The position numbers and the translations under genes are program-made. From Chiloscyllium plagiosum (lineage: Eukaryota): DNA of 34,183 bases. Location of the stretch: NCBI RefSeq assembly GCF_004010195.1, contig NC_057719.1, positions 40,649,073 through 40,683,255 of the forward strand, read 5' to 3'. Each line of letters starts with the position of its first letter. Within the stretch, counting starts at the first letter, position 1. Under the pieces are notes generated by a model. The model had not been told where the DNA came from. It made no database searches and saw only the letters and a program-made list of their open reading frames with translations. Positions 33,929 through 34,183 of the stretch are shown here, one piece after another.

Positions 33929-34183
33929 TAGAACATAGAACATAGAACATAGAACAATACAGCACAGAACAGGCCCTTCGGCCCACGACATTGTGCCGAA
34001 CATTTGTCCTAGCTTAAGCACCCATCCATGTACCTATCCAATTGCCGCTTAAAGGTCACCAAAGATTCTGACTCTACCACTCCCACAGACAGCGCATTCC
34101 ATGCCCCCACCACTCTCTGGGTAAAGAACCCACCCCTGACATCCCCCCTATACCTTCCACCCTTCACCTTAAATTTATGCCCC
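33929..34183 (-). mobile_element. Younger CR1 3' end running off the window
   Basis: (tagaaca)n tail at 33929-33957 followed by CR1 3' sequence with CpGs retained. Confidence 0.9.

Overview
Vertebrate non-coding DNA, almost certainly from a shark or other cartilaginous fish: it carries HE1-type and SacSINE1/Deu-type SINEs, dense CR1 LINEs, and Penelope-type tails. Much of the window is decayed retroelements (many CR1 fragments, Rex1/Babar, L2, two Gypsy pol remnants, Penelope-like elements). I found no intact protein-coding exon; the listed ORFs are retroelement debris or chance. The one clearly functional locus is a ~1.4 kb repeat-free island (about 15570-17020). It contains the microRNA miR-203 hairpin (mature 3p GTGAAATGTTTAGGACCACTTG at 16709-16730, + strand) and a plausible spliced host gene: two TATA-type start candidates, two good splice acceptors, a 71-nt exon whose two splice sites base-pair with each other, and GRHL/ETS/ZEB-type motifs. 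The second theme is a set of short Penelope-derived insertions with 12-16 bp target-site duplications, 5' inverted copies of their own tail, and minimal hammerhead ribozyme cores; the one at 11796-11830 is nearly intact. Repeat family names come from pattern recognition, not a database search, and boundaries are approximate.
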